Origin: an uncultured Treponemataceae bacterium
GTDB taxonomy: Bacteria; Spirochaetota; Spirochaetia; Treponematales; UBA12059
DNA length: 64,000 bases
Direction of reading: 5' to 3'
NCBI GenBank assembly: GCA_964482955.1
Contig: CAYZZW010000004.1
Span: forward strand, 5,653 to 69,652
The notes beneath the pieces are model-generated. The model saw only the letters and a program-made list of their open reading frames with translations, ran no database searches and was not told where the DNA came from. The position numbers and the translations under genes are program-made. Position 1 is the stretch's first letter. Every line of letters begins with the position of its first letter. Positions 8,880 to 16,474 of the stretch are shown here, one piece after another.

Positions 8880-11191
8880 CGAAGTTCCGCGCCCTGGCCC
8901 CCGCCGTCCTGGCGGGGGCCGCGTTGTACGCCCTCGTCCTCGCCCTTCTCGCGTACTGGCCCTACCCGGAACTCGGGTGCCTCCTCGAGCGCCCGTACTC
9001 CCTGCGCGTACTCGATGCCCGCGGCGAACCGCTCTCCGTGACGGCCGTGGACGGCGGCATACGCCGCGAGTGGACCGCGCTCGCCGACATCCCGCCCGCG
9101 GTCCGCGACGCCTTCGTGATCGCCGAAGACCGCTGGTTTTGGCTGCACCCCGGCGTGAACCCGCTTGCGGCCGCGCGCGCCTTCCTGCAAAACCGCGAAG
9201 CGGGCCGCGTCGTCTCCGGCGCGGCCACCCTCACGATGCAAGTGGCGCGTATGGCGGCCGCCGCGTATGCGAACGCCGGCCCGGGAACGGATGCCGAGGC
9301 CGCGCCATTCGCGGACGCGCGGGCGGGCGGCATGGCGGCCAAGCTGCGCGAGTCGATGAACGCCTTCCTCATCGAAGCGCGGCTTCCGAAGGCGCGCATC
9401 CTCGAACTCTACCTCAACAATGTCCCCTTCGGCCGAGGCGCCGAGGGCGTGCGTTCAGCGGCGTTCCGCTATTTCGGGAAGCCCCTCGACGAACTGTCGC
9501 GCGTCGAGGCGGGCTTGCTCGCCGTGGTGCCGCGGAGTCCGGGGGCGTACGATCCCGGGCGTTACCCCGACGAGACGGGCAGGGCGGCGTGGCGCTCGCT
9601 CGGTTCGTCTCGGACCTTCCGCGAGACCGCAGGACCCGCGGGCGCGGCAGCCTTCGTCGACGCGGCGAAAGCGTCTCGACCCGGCGCCTGGCCGTTCCGC
9701 GCGCCGCACTTTACGCGTTGGCTGATTTCGACGCGGCCGGACGTGGCCGCCGCGCGCGAGGCGCCGACCACGCTCGACCCCGGACTGCAAGTCGCCGCGG
9801 AGCGCCTGCTCGCGGAAGCCGTGGACGAGGCGAGCGCGAACCGGATCACGACCGGCGCCGTCCTCGTCCTCGACGCGCATACGGGAGCCGTGCTGGCGTG
9901 GGTCGGCTCGCGCGATTTCGCCGACGAGGCGAACGACGGCCAGGTGGACGGCGTCCTTTCGCTGTACCAGCCGGGCTCCTGCCTGAAACCCTTCCTGTAC
10001 GAGCTCGCCCTCGAGCGCGGCTTCACGCCGGCGACCGTGCTCCCGGACATCCCGCTCGAGTTCGGCCAGGCGGAAGTCTACCTGCCGCTCAACTACAACA
10101 ACCGCTTCAACGGCCCGGTGCGACTCCGCGTGGCGCTCGCGTCCAGCCTCAACGTGCCGGCCGTGTACGTCCTCGAGCGCCTGGGCGTGCAGGCGTTCTG
10201 CGACCGCCTCGTGGACCTGGGCTTCGACTCCATCGAAGCCCAGCGCGGCGAGCTCGGCGTGGGGCTGGCGCTCGGCAACGCGCGCGTGTCGCTCCTCGAG
10301 CTGACGCGCGCCTTCGTGACCTTTCCGCGCGGCGGCGAAACGCTCGAGCTCCGGCCCCTCAAGAACCCGCGCGTCAGACGCGACGCGGCGGCCGACGCGG
10401 ACGGCGTGCCCGTCATGACGCGTTACGGCGCGAACCTCGTGTGCTCCATCTTGAGCGACGACGCGAGCCGCTTCGCGGGCTTCGGCGCCGGCCGGACGAT
10501 GAATACGGACTTCGACGCCATCTTCAAGACGGGCACCGCCAACCAGTTCCAGAGCGTGTGGGCGCTCGGCGCCACGCCGGATTACGTCGTGGGCGTATGG
10601 ATGGGGAACTTCACGGGCGAGACGGTGGTCGGCCGCTCCGGCTCGGGGATACCCGCCCGCGTCGCGGCCCGCGTCTTGAGTCGCCTGGCGATTCCGGGTT
10701 CGGCCTTCCCGAAGCCCGAGGGCGCGCGCGAATACCGCGTGTGCTCCCTCTCCGGCGGAACCCCGACGGACGCGTGCCCGAGCGTCGTGTCCGAGTGGGT
10801 TCCGTACGGCGAGGAGCCCGCGCCCTGCGACTACCACGTCCGGGCGGGTAGCCGGGTCGACGTGCGGTATCCGCCCGAATACGCGCGTTGGCTGCGCGAC
10901 GGCGGGCGGAGCGGCACGGTCGACTCCGGCGAGGGAAGCCCGCGCTTCCTCCGACCGACGGACGGCGCGGTGTATTTTTACGATCCATCCGCGCCGGGGG
11001 GAGCCCAGGCGATCGCCGTGGAAGTCGCGGGGGGCGCCGACGTCGACTTAGGCTTGACCGTCGACGGCGCGCCGGTGTCGGGCCGCTTGCCCGACGGCCG
11101 CTGGTTCGTGAATCTCCGAACCGGCAGGCACCGTCTCGAGTTGCGGAACGGCCCCGAGGTCTTCGACGCCGTCACGATCACGGTGGAGTGA
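8876..11191 (+). CDS. pbpC: Penicillin-binding protein 1C (bifunctional glycosyltransferase/transpeptidase)
   Basis: ATG 8876 overlaps the A2M stop codon (ATGA at 8876-8879). The N-terminal TM is [30 protein letters not shown]51 motifs are [13 protein letters not shown] and GAATLTMQ. Transpeptidase motifs are SCLK (SxxK), SLN (SxN) and KTGT. The C-terminal beta-rich extension is of PBP1C type. Confidence 0.88.
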   Translation: MTKFRALAPAVLAGAALYALVLALLAYWPYPELGCLLERPYSLRVLDARGEPLSVTAVDGGIRREWTALADIPPAVRDAFVIAEDRWFWLHPGVNPLAAARAFLQNREAGRVVSGAATLTMQVARMAAAAYANAGPGTDAEAAPFADARAGGMAAKLRESMNAFLIEARLPKARILELYLNNVPFGRGAEGVRSAAFRYFGKPLDELSRVEAGLLAVVPRSPGAYDPGRYPDETGRAAWRSLGSSRTFRETAGPAGAAAFVDAAKASRPGAWPFRAPHFTRWLISTRPDVAAAREAPTTLDPGLQVAAERLLAEAVDEASANRITTGAVLVLDAHTGAVLAWVGSRDFADEANDGQVDGVLSLYQPGSCLKPFLYELALERGFTPATVLPDIPLEFGQAEVYLPLNYNNRFNGPVRLRVALASSLNVPAVYVLERLGVQAFCDRLVDLGFDSIEAQRGELGVGLALGNARVSLLELTRAFVTFPRGGETLELRPLKNPRVRRDAAADADGVPVMTRYGANLVCSILSDDASRFAGFGAGRTMNTDFDAIFKTGTANQFQSVWALGATPDYVVGVWMGNFTGETVVGRSGSGIPARVAARVLSRLAIPGSAFPKPEGAREYRVCSLSGGTPTDACPSVVSEWVPYGEEPAPCDYHVRAGSRVDVRYPPEYARWLRDGGRSGTVDSGEGSPRFLRPTDGAVYFYDPSAPGGAQAIAVEVAGGADVDLGLTVDGAPVSGRLPDGRWFVNLRTGRHRLELRNGPEVFDAVTITVE

Positions 11192-11205
11192 CGGGCGCGA
11201 CGAGT

Positions 11206-11233
11206 TTGACAGGCACCATCCTTTATGAATACT
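11206..11233 (+). promoter_or_regulatory. Candidate sigma-70-type promoter for trxA
   Basis: TTGACA (11206-11211)-N16-AATACT (11228-11233), lying 36 nt upstream of the trxA GTG start. Confidence 0.4.
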
Positions 11234-11268
11234 TTCAAGGAAGCGAAAATTCCGAACAGGAGCATCAC

Positions 11269-11589
11269 GTGAGCGAAATCACCCTGACGAAAGCGAATTT
11301 CCAGGAAGAAGTCCTCAAGTCGACCATGCCCGTCCTCGTCGACTTCTGGGCGCCCTGGTGCGGCCCGTGCCGGCAGATAGCGCCGGTCGTCGAGGAGCTG
11401 GCCCGCGAATACGCCGGCAAGGCCAAGGTCGGCAAAGTCAACGTCGACGACGAAGGCGACTTGGCCAACCGATACGGCGTCGTGTCCATTCCCACGCTCA
11501 TCGTCTTCAAGAACGGCGCCGAGGCGGCCAAGAAGATCGGCGCCGGCAACAAGCGCGACCTCGAAGCCTTCCTCCTCGACAACATGTGA
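11269..11589 (+). CDS. trxA: Thioredoxin
   Basis: This is the tail of track ORF 10888-11589. GTG 11269 lies six nt after AGGAG (11258-11262). The 106-aa product carries the active site [16 protein letters not shown]. Confidence 0.9.
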   Translation: MSEITLTKANFQEEVLKSTMPVLVDFWAPWCGPCRQIAPVVEELAREYAGKAKVGKVNVDDEGDLANRYGVVSIPTLIVFKNGAEAAKKIGAGNKRDLEAFLLDNM

Positions 11590-11655
11590 CCGCGCCCGAA
11601 GCGGCGGCGACCGCGCGCCGCCCGCCCCGCGCCAGGGGTTGAACGGAAAGACCGG

Positions 11656-11677
11656 AGAAGGCGGCTACCGCCGCCTT
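11656..11677. terminator. GC-rich hairpin downstream of trxA
   Basis: GAAGGCGGC-TACC-GCCGCCTTC gives a 9-bp stem. No U-tract follows. Confidence 0.3.
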
Positions 11678-11701
11678 CGAGGACTTGGAGTGAAAACCCG
11701 G

Positions 11702-11727
11702 CCGGTCGGACGCGCGCGTCCGACCGG
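11702..11727. terminator. 26-nt perfect palindrome between convergent genes
   Basis: CCGGTCGGACGCG/CGCGTCCGACCGG lies between the 3' ends of trxA (+) and the YeiH-like gene (-). There is no U-tract on either side. Confidence 0.35.
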
Positions 11728-11755
11728 GGCGCCCAATCCCGTCAGGACAAGCGAC

Positions 11756-12787
11756 TCACCACGCTCCCGCGAGCGACTGGTACGCGAGGCTCGCGAGGGT
11801 CACGGCCGCCCAGACCGCGAAGCCGAGGACGAGCGGTTTCGGGCCCGAGGCCGCGATGGCCCGGAGGTCGGTCTTGAAGCCGATGCCGGCCAGCGCGAGG
11901 GCGATGAGGAATTTGCCGGCGGCCTTGATGCAGGGGATCCAGGCGGGCGGGAAGACGCCCGCGCTGTTGAGGGCCGACATCGCGAGGAAGCCGAGGACGA
12001 ACCACGGGAAGACCGCGAGCGCGCCCGTGAAGCCTTTTTTACCGCCGGAAGCGCGGGCGCCCCACGAGACGAACGCCGTGAAGGCGAGGGCGACGGGGAC
12101 GATCATCACGGTGCGGGTCAGCTTGACGACCGTGGCGTAGTCGCCCGCCTCGTCGCCGTAGAGGTAGCCGGCCGCGACGACCGACGACGTGTCGTTGATG
12201 GCCGTGCCCGCGAAGAGCCCGAAGCCGCGTTGGCTGAGCCCGAGCGCGGAGCCGAGGGCGGGGAAGACGAACACCGCGGCCAGGTTGAAGAGGAAGATGG
12301 TCGAGACGGCGTAGGCGGTCTCGTCGTCGTCCGCGTCGATGATGGGCGCGACCGCCGCGATGGCCGAGCCGCCGCAGATGGCCGTGCCGACGCCGATGAG
12401 GCTCGCGAGGTTGCGCTTGACGCCGAGGAGGCGCGCCGCGGCGACCGTGGCGACGAGCGCGGCTGCCATCGTGACGGCGATGGCGACGAGGGACGAGCGG
12501 CCGGTGCCGAGCACGACGCCGAGGGTGAGGCCGCCTCCGAGCACGACGATCGAATAGCGGAGTATCTTCTTCGACGAATAGTCGACGCCCGGTTTCAGCG
12601 CGGCCGGCAGCCCGACGACGAGGCGGAGCAGGATGCCGAGCGTGAGCGCGAAGACCGAGGGGCCGACGACGGGGACGAGGGCGCCGAGCAGGCTGGCGAT
12701 TCCCGCGACGAGGGCGCACGCGAGGACGCCGGGGACGATGCGGCCGGCCGCGGAGAACGCGTTCGGGAGGTTTCTGGTTTCGTTCAT
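11756..12787 (-). CDS. YeiH/UPF0324 family putative sulfate-exporter-type membrane transporter
   Basis: Track ORF 11756-12931; the preferred start is ATG 12787 (MNETRNLPNAF...). The protein is polytopic and hydrophobic throughout. The motifs GVGTAICGGSAIAAVAP and GTAINDTSSVVAAG are as I remember for the YeiH family. Confidence 0.7.
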   Translation of the reverse strand: MNETRNLPNAFSAAGRIVPGVLACALVAGIASLLGALVPVVGPSVFALTLGILLRLVVGLPAALKPGVDYSSKKILRYSIVVLGGGLTLGVVLGTGRSSLVAIAVTMAAALVATVAAARLLGVKRNLASLIGVGTAICGGSAIAAVAPIIDADDDETAYAVSTIFLFNLAAVFVFPALGSALGLSQRGFGLFAGTAINDTSSVVAAGYLYGDEAGDYATVVKLTRTVMIVPVALAFTAFVSWGARASGGKKGFTGALAVFPWFVLGFLAMSALNSAGVFPPAWIPCIKAAGKFLIALALAGIGFKTDLRAIAASGPKPLVLGFAVWAAVTLASLAYQSLAGAW

Positions 12788-12843
12788 GCCCGCCAGCCTA
12801 GCCCGCCGCATGGAATCGCCGCAACCCTCGTCTTGCCAAAGCA

Positions 12844-12900
12844 AGCCGTGTCTCTCTTCGAGAGCCGTGTCTCTCTTCGAGAGCCGTGTCTCTCTTCGAA
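12844..12900. repeat. 19-bp tandem repeat, 3 copies
   Basis: agccgtgtctctcttcgag occurs at 12844-12862 and 12863-12881, then agccgtgtctctcttcgaa at 12882-12900. Each unit junction carries inverted arms CTCTC-TTC-GAGAG. Confidence 0.9.
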
Positions 12901-12909
12901 AGACGCAGC

Positions 12910-12938
12910 TTGCGCCCAGGTGATCGGTCATTTATGCT
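12910..12938 (+). promoter_or_regulatory. Candidate sigma-70-type promoter for the GAF/HD-GYP gene
   Basis: TTGCGC (12910-12915)-N17-TATGCT (12933-12938), 39 nt upstream of ATG 12977 and 10 bp downstream of the tandem array. Confidence 0.4.
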
Positions 12939-12976
12939 AGTTAACGGACCGGCGTGAAACCACAACGGGGGCTTGT

Positions 12977-14206
12977 ATGGACAACGGCTGCGACGACATC
13001 AAAAACATCCTGGCGATCGATTCGGAATTGAACCGGATCAAGGACTATGACTTGCTCCTCGAGCGCATCCTCAGGGAGGCGCGCCGCATCACGCACGCGG
13101 ACGCGGGCAGCATCTACGTGAAGGACGGCGCCACGCTGTCCATCAAGTTCGCCCAGAACGATACCCTGGCGGCGAAACTCCCGCCCGGCGAAAAACTCCT
13201 CTATAAAGTCTTTTCCATCCCGGTCTCCGACCGCACCATCTCGGGCTTCGCGGCGTTGAGCGGTCGCGTCGTCAACGTGCCCGACGCCTACGCCATTCCC
13301 GCGGACGCCACCTATGGCTACGACCCGAGCTACGACCGCGTGGCGGGCTACCGCACCACGTCCATGCTGGCGGTGCCGCTCGTCATGTCCTCGGGCGAGG
13401 TGCTCGGCGTGCTCCAGGTGATCAACGCGCAGGATCCCGAAACGAAGCGCGTCGTGCCCTTTGACGACAACGACGTGCAGCTCGTGTCGCATTTCGCGTC
13501 GAACGCCGTCGTGGCGATGGAGCGCGCCATGCTCACCCGGACCATCATCCTGCGCATGATCCGCATGGCCGAGCTGCGCGACCCCAAGGAGACCGGCCCC
13601 CACGTCAACCGCGTGGCGGGCTACGCGGCGGAGATCTTCGAGCATTGGGCGATGCGTCGCGGCATGTCGCCGGAAGACGTCGAGCGCCGCAAGGATCTCC
13701 TCAAGCTAGCGTCCATGCTGCACGACGTCGGGAAGGTTGCCATCTCCGACCTCATCCTCAAGAAACCGGCGCGCTTCACGCCCGAGGAATTCCTCGTCAT
13801 GCAGCGTCACACCGTGGAAGGCGCCCGGCTGTTCTCCGATTCGCGTTCGGAGCTGGACCGGATCTCCGCCGCCGTCGCCGCGACGCACCACGAAAACTGG
13901 AACGGCACGGGCTACCCGGGGCGCCTCGATCCCGCGACCGGCGAGCCGCTGGTCGGACCCGACGGCAAGCCCGCGAGCCTCGCGGGCGACGCCATCCCCA
14001 TCGAAGGCCGCATCGTCGCCGTGGCCGACGTGTACGACGCCCTCGTTTCCCGCCGCGTCTACAAGGAAGCCTGGCAAGAGGACGACGTGCTCGCCGAAAT
14101 GCGCTCGCTGTCCGGCGTCAAGTTCGACCCCGAAGTCCTCGATGTCTTCATGGAAATCCTCCCCCGCATCCACCAGATCCGCGAACTCTACCCCGACGCG
14201 GATTAG
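12977..14206 (+). CDS. GAF domain / HD-GYP domain protein (putative c-di-GMP phosphodiesterase)
   Basis: The 409-aa ORF has an N-terminal GAF-like region (ILREARRITHADAGSIYVKDG...GVLQVINA). The HD motif is in LASMLHDVGKVAI and the GYP motif is in HHENWNGTGYPGRL. Confidence 0.85.
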   Translation: MDNGCDDIKNILAIDSELNRIKDYDLLLERILREARRITHADAGSIYVKDGATLSIKFAQNDTLAAKLPPGEKLLYKVFSIPVSDRTISGFAALSGRVVNVPDAYAIPADATYGYDPSYDRVAGYRTTSMLAVPLVMSSGEVLGVLQVINAQDPETKRVVPFDDNDVQLVSHFASNAVVAMERAMLTRTIILRMIRMAELRDPKETGPHVNRVAGYAAEIFEHWAMRRGMSPEDVERRKDLLKLASMLHDVGKVAISDLILKKPARFTPEEFLVMQRHTVEGARLFSDSRSELDRISAAVAATHHENWNGTGYPGRLDPATGEPLVGPDGKPASLAGDAIPIEGRIVAVADVYDALVSRRVYKEAWQEDDVLAEMRSLSGVKFDPEVLDVFMEILPRIHQIRELYPDAD

Positions 14207-14357
14207 GCCGTCACGGCCTCGGCGCTCGGGAAGGTTTCTAGCCGAGCGAACCCTGCCCGACTACGTTGCCCGCACTCTGGTCGCTATTCGAAGGCAGTCG
14301 TGCGGCGTTACTGGAGAAACCCGCCGCCCGATGACGAACCGGATGCGACCGCCGGAC

Positions 14358-14428
14358 GGGGCATACAAGTACCCGCGCCGAATATTGCGAGTACTCTCGC
14401 CTATTCGGCGCGGGTACTTGTATGCCCC
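14358..14428. repeat. 71-nt nested inverted repeat (27-bp perfect arms plus inner 5-bp hairpin)
   Basis: The left arm is GGGGCATACAAGTACCCGCGCCGAATA (14358-14384). The exact reverse complement is TATTCGGCGCGGGTACTTGTATGCCCC (14402-14428). The 17-nt centre contains GCGAG-TACT-CTCGC. The element sits between the convergent 3' ends of the HD-GYP gene and cobS. Confidence 0.95.
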
Positions 14429-14493
14429 AAGCCCCGGTCACTCCGTTCCGACACCCGTCCGCCGCACCCTTCTGTATCGCCTCAAAGGGAGCT

Positions 14494-15264
14494 TCAGAAC
14501 AACGACCCGGCCGCCGCGTAGGAGAGCAGGAACGCGACCTCGCCGAGTTCCACCGCCGCCCCGAGCGAGTCGCCGGTGAAGCCGCCGAGCTTGCGGGCGG
14601 CCGAGAGCGCCACGGCCACGCCGACGGCCACCGCGACGAGGAGCCCTCCGACCGCGACGAAGAGCGCGCCGACCAGGCCGTCCACGACGGCTGCGACCGC
14701 GAAGGCGGGCGTCGCGGCGAGCGCGAAGCCGACGAGCGCGTCCTGGAGCCGGAGGCCGTGCATGATCGCGCCGAGCCCCTCGGGCTTGGCCGGGTGCGCC
14801 GCGAGGCCGACGAACACCGCCGCGCTGCGGCCGACGACGGGCGCGGCGAGCAGGGCAGCGGCCGTCGACATGGACGGCTCCGACAGCGCGCCGACGCGGG
14901 CCAGCACGACGAGGACGCCGGCGAACACGGCGTACGAGCCGGAGCGCGGATCCTTGAGGATCTCGAAGCGGCGCTCGCGCGAAACGGCGGGCAGCATCGC
15001 GTCGGCCGAATCGAGCAGGCCGTCGTAATGGAAGAGGTTGAAGGCGAAGTACTGCGCGGCGATGGCGGCGACGGCGGGCGGAATGGGCCCGAGGAAGGCG
15101 AGGTCGGCCACCCAGTACGCGAACAGGGCCACGAAGCCGGCGACGCAGCCGACGATCGGCAGGAACAAGTCCAGCCGGGTCAGGTCCGGCTCCTCGTCGA
15201 GCTTGACCGGAACGCGGGACATGAGCGAAAAGGCGCTGAGCAGGCGCTTGAGCCAGGGCTTCAC
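14494..15264 (-). CDS. cobS: Adenosylcobinamide-GDP ribazoletransferase (cobalamin synthase)
   Basis: The 256-aa polytopic membrane protein starts (V)KPWLKRLLSAFSLMSRVPV and contains HYDGLLDSADA, typical of CobS/CobV. GTG 15264 overlaps the upstream stop codon (GTGA). Confidence 0.85.
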   Translation of the reverse strand: MKPWLKRLLSAFSLMSRVPVKLDEEPDLTRLDLFLPIVGCVAGFVALFAYWVADLAFLGPIPPAVAAIAAQYFAFNLFHYDGLLDSADAMLPAVSRERRFEILKDPRSGSYAVFAGVLVVLARVGALSEPSMSTAAALLAAPVVGRSAAVFVGLAAHPAKPEGLGAIMHGLRLQDALVGFALAATPAFAVAAVVDGLVGALFVAVGGLLVAVAVGVAVALSAARKLGGFTGDSLGAAVELGEVAFLLSYAAAGSLF

Positions 15265-15962
15265 TTCGAACCACCTCCGCGACCGATGAGATCGCGCAAC
15301 GCGTCAAGACAGCGGGACAGCCCCGCGGCCGAAAACACTTCCACTTCCACGACGCCGCCGAAGCGCTCCAGGAAGGGTCGGAACTCGGCGAGCCAGGGCT
15401 CGGTCCCGTCGAAGGGGGCGTGGTCCTTCCCGTTCCCGACGCCGTGCAGGTGCACTTCGCCGATCGTCCGTCCCGCCGCGGTCAGCTCGGCCGCGAGCTC
15501 GGCCGGCGAACGTCCGGCGAGCAGCGCGTGCCCCGTGTCCAGGCAAACCGCGGCGTCCGGAAGCGCCTCGAGGGCGCGCCGGAACGAGGCGTCGTCCACG
15601 TTCTCGACGAACACCGGCGCCTCGACGGAGGCGACCGACGCGCGGTGCCACGCGGCGAAGTCGTCCAGCGCCGCGGCGTCGCGCGGGGGATGGACCACGT
15701 AGCGCGACGCCAGGCGCGCGGTGTCTTCGAGCGCGGCGTCCCGTTCGTCGGGGTGCCTGGGCAGATGGACGCCGTATCCGAAGCGCCCGCCCGCGGCGAT
15801 CTTTTCGAGTTCCGGCAGATCGCGGAGGAATTCCCCACGCGAATCCGCGTCGTACGAAAAGAGGAGGAGCTCCACCGACGCGACGCGGCCCTCGCCGGCC
15901 AGGTGCCGCGCGTTTTCCGCCCAGGTGCCCGGAATGACCCACGAGGGCGCCGAAAGCGTCAC
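15261..15962 (-). CDS. Xylose-isomerase-like TIM-barrel (AP_endonuc_2) protein; CbiR-like candidate cobamide-remodelling phosphodiesterase
   Basis: Track ORF 15261-16220. The preferred GTG 15962 overlaps the cobU stop (GTGA at 15959-15962), giving 233 aa that start VTLSAPSWVIPGTWAEN. TIM-barrel metal-site-like motifs are VCLDTGHALLAG, EVHLHGV and VEVEVF. The gene sits between cobU and cobS. Confidence 0.5.
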   Translation of the reverse strand: MTLSAPSWVIPGTWAENARHLAGEGRVASVELLLFSYDADSRGEFLRDLPELEKIAAGGRFGYGVHLPRHPDERDAALEDTARLASRYVVHPPRDAAALDDFAAWHRASVASVEAPVFVENVDDASFRRALEALPDAAVCLDTGHALLAGRSPAELAAELTAAGRTIGEVHLHGVGNGKDHAPFDGTEPWLAEFRPFLERFGGVVEVEVFSAAGLSRCLDALRDLIGRGGGSK

Positions 15963-16447
15963 GCGCCCTTGATCCGCACGGGAATGCCCGCGACCATGAG
16001 CTCGACCACGTCCGCCGCTCGGGCGAGGGCCGCGTTGACGCGACCGAGCCGTTCGCCGTAGCGCCGCGAAAGCGCGTCGGCCGGAATGACGCCCCAGCCC
16101 GTCTCGTTCGTGACGATGACGACGTTGGCCGGCAGGCGCTCGAGGAACGACGCGAGCACTTCGTCGATCTCGTTTTCGCGCTCTGAAAAGAACATGTTGT
16201 TGAGCCACATCGGGACGCAATCGACGATCATGTTCTCCCGCACGGCCACGTCGATGCGGTAGGGCTCCTCGACGGTGTCGAAGGCGCCGCGCCGCTCGTC
16301 GCGGTGGCGGGCGATCTTCGCGCGCATTTCGTCGTCGAAGGCGAGGGCGGTCGCCAGGAAGGAACGCGGCTCCGCGAAGGACGCGGCGAGTTCGAGGGCC
16401 CGCGTGCTCTTTCCGGATTTCACGCCGCCGGTCACGAGGTATCTCAT
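15959..16447 (-). CDS. cobU: Adenosylcobinamide kinase / adenosylcobinamide-phosphate guanylyltransferase
   Basis: 162 aa. The P-loop is MRYLVTGGVKSGKST, followed by HRDERR and VIVTNETGWGVIP, typical of CobU/CobP. Confidence 0.85.
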   Translation of the reverse strand: MRYLVTGGVKSGKSTRALELAASFAEPRSFLATALAFDDEMRAKIARHRDERRGAFDTVEEPYRIDVAVRENMIVDCVPMWLNNMFFSERENEIDEVLASFLERLPANVVIVTNETGWGVIPADALSRRYGERLGRVNAALARAADVVELMVAGIPVRIKGA

Positions 16448-16474
16448 CGCCCTGTTTGTACCATTAAAAGGGGC

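Noticed and set aside
14238-14521. Two small ORFs (73 aa plus strand, 67 aa minus strand) spanning the 71-nt palindrome
   Set aside because: They share mirrored peptide segments (GIQVPAPN, YSARVLVCP) purely because both read through the inverted repeat. They have no RBS and an implausible composition.
14207-16474. Cobalamin riboswitch associated with cobU, cbiR and cobS
   Set aside because: I found no B12-box-like or conserved riboswitch core by eye. I checked the 27-nt gap before cobU and the 287-nt region beyond cobS. The latter is downstream of the operon anyway. A covariance-model scan is needed for certainty.
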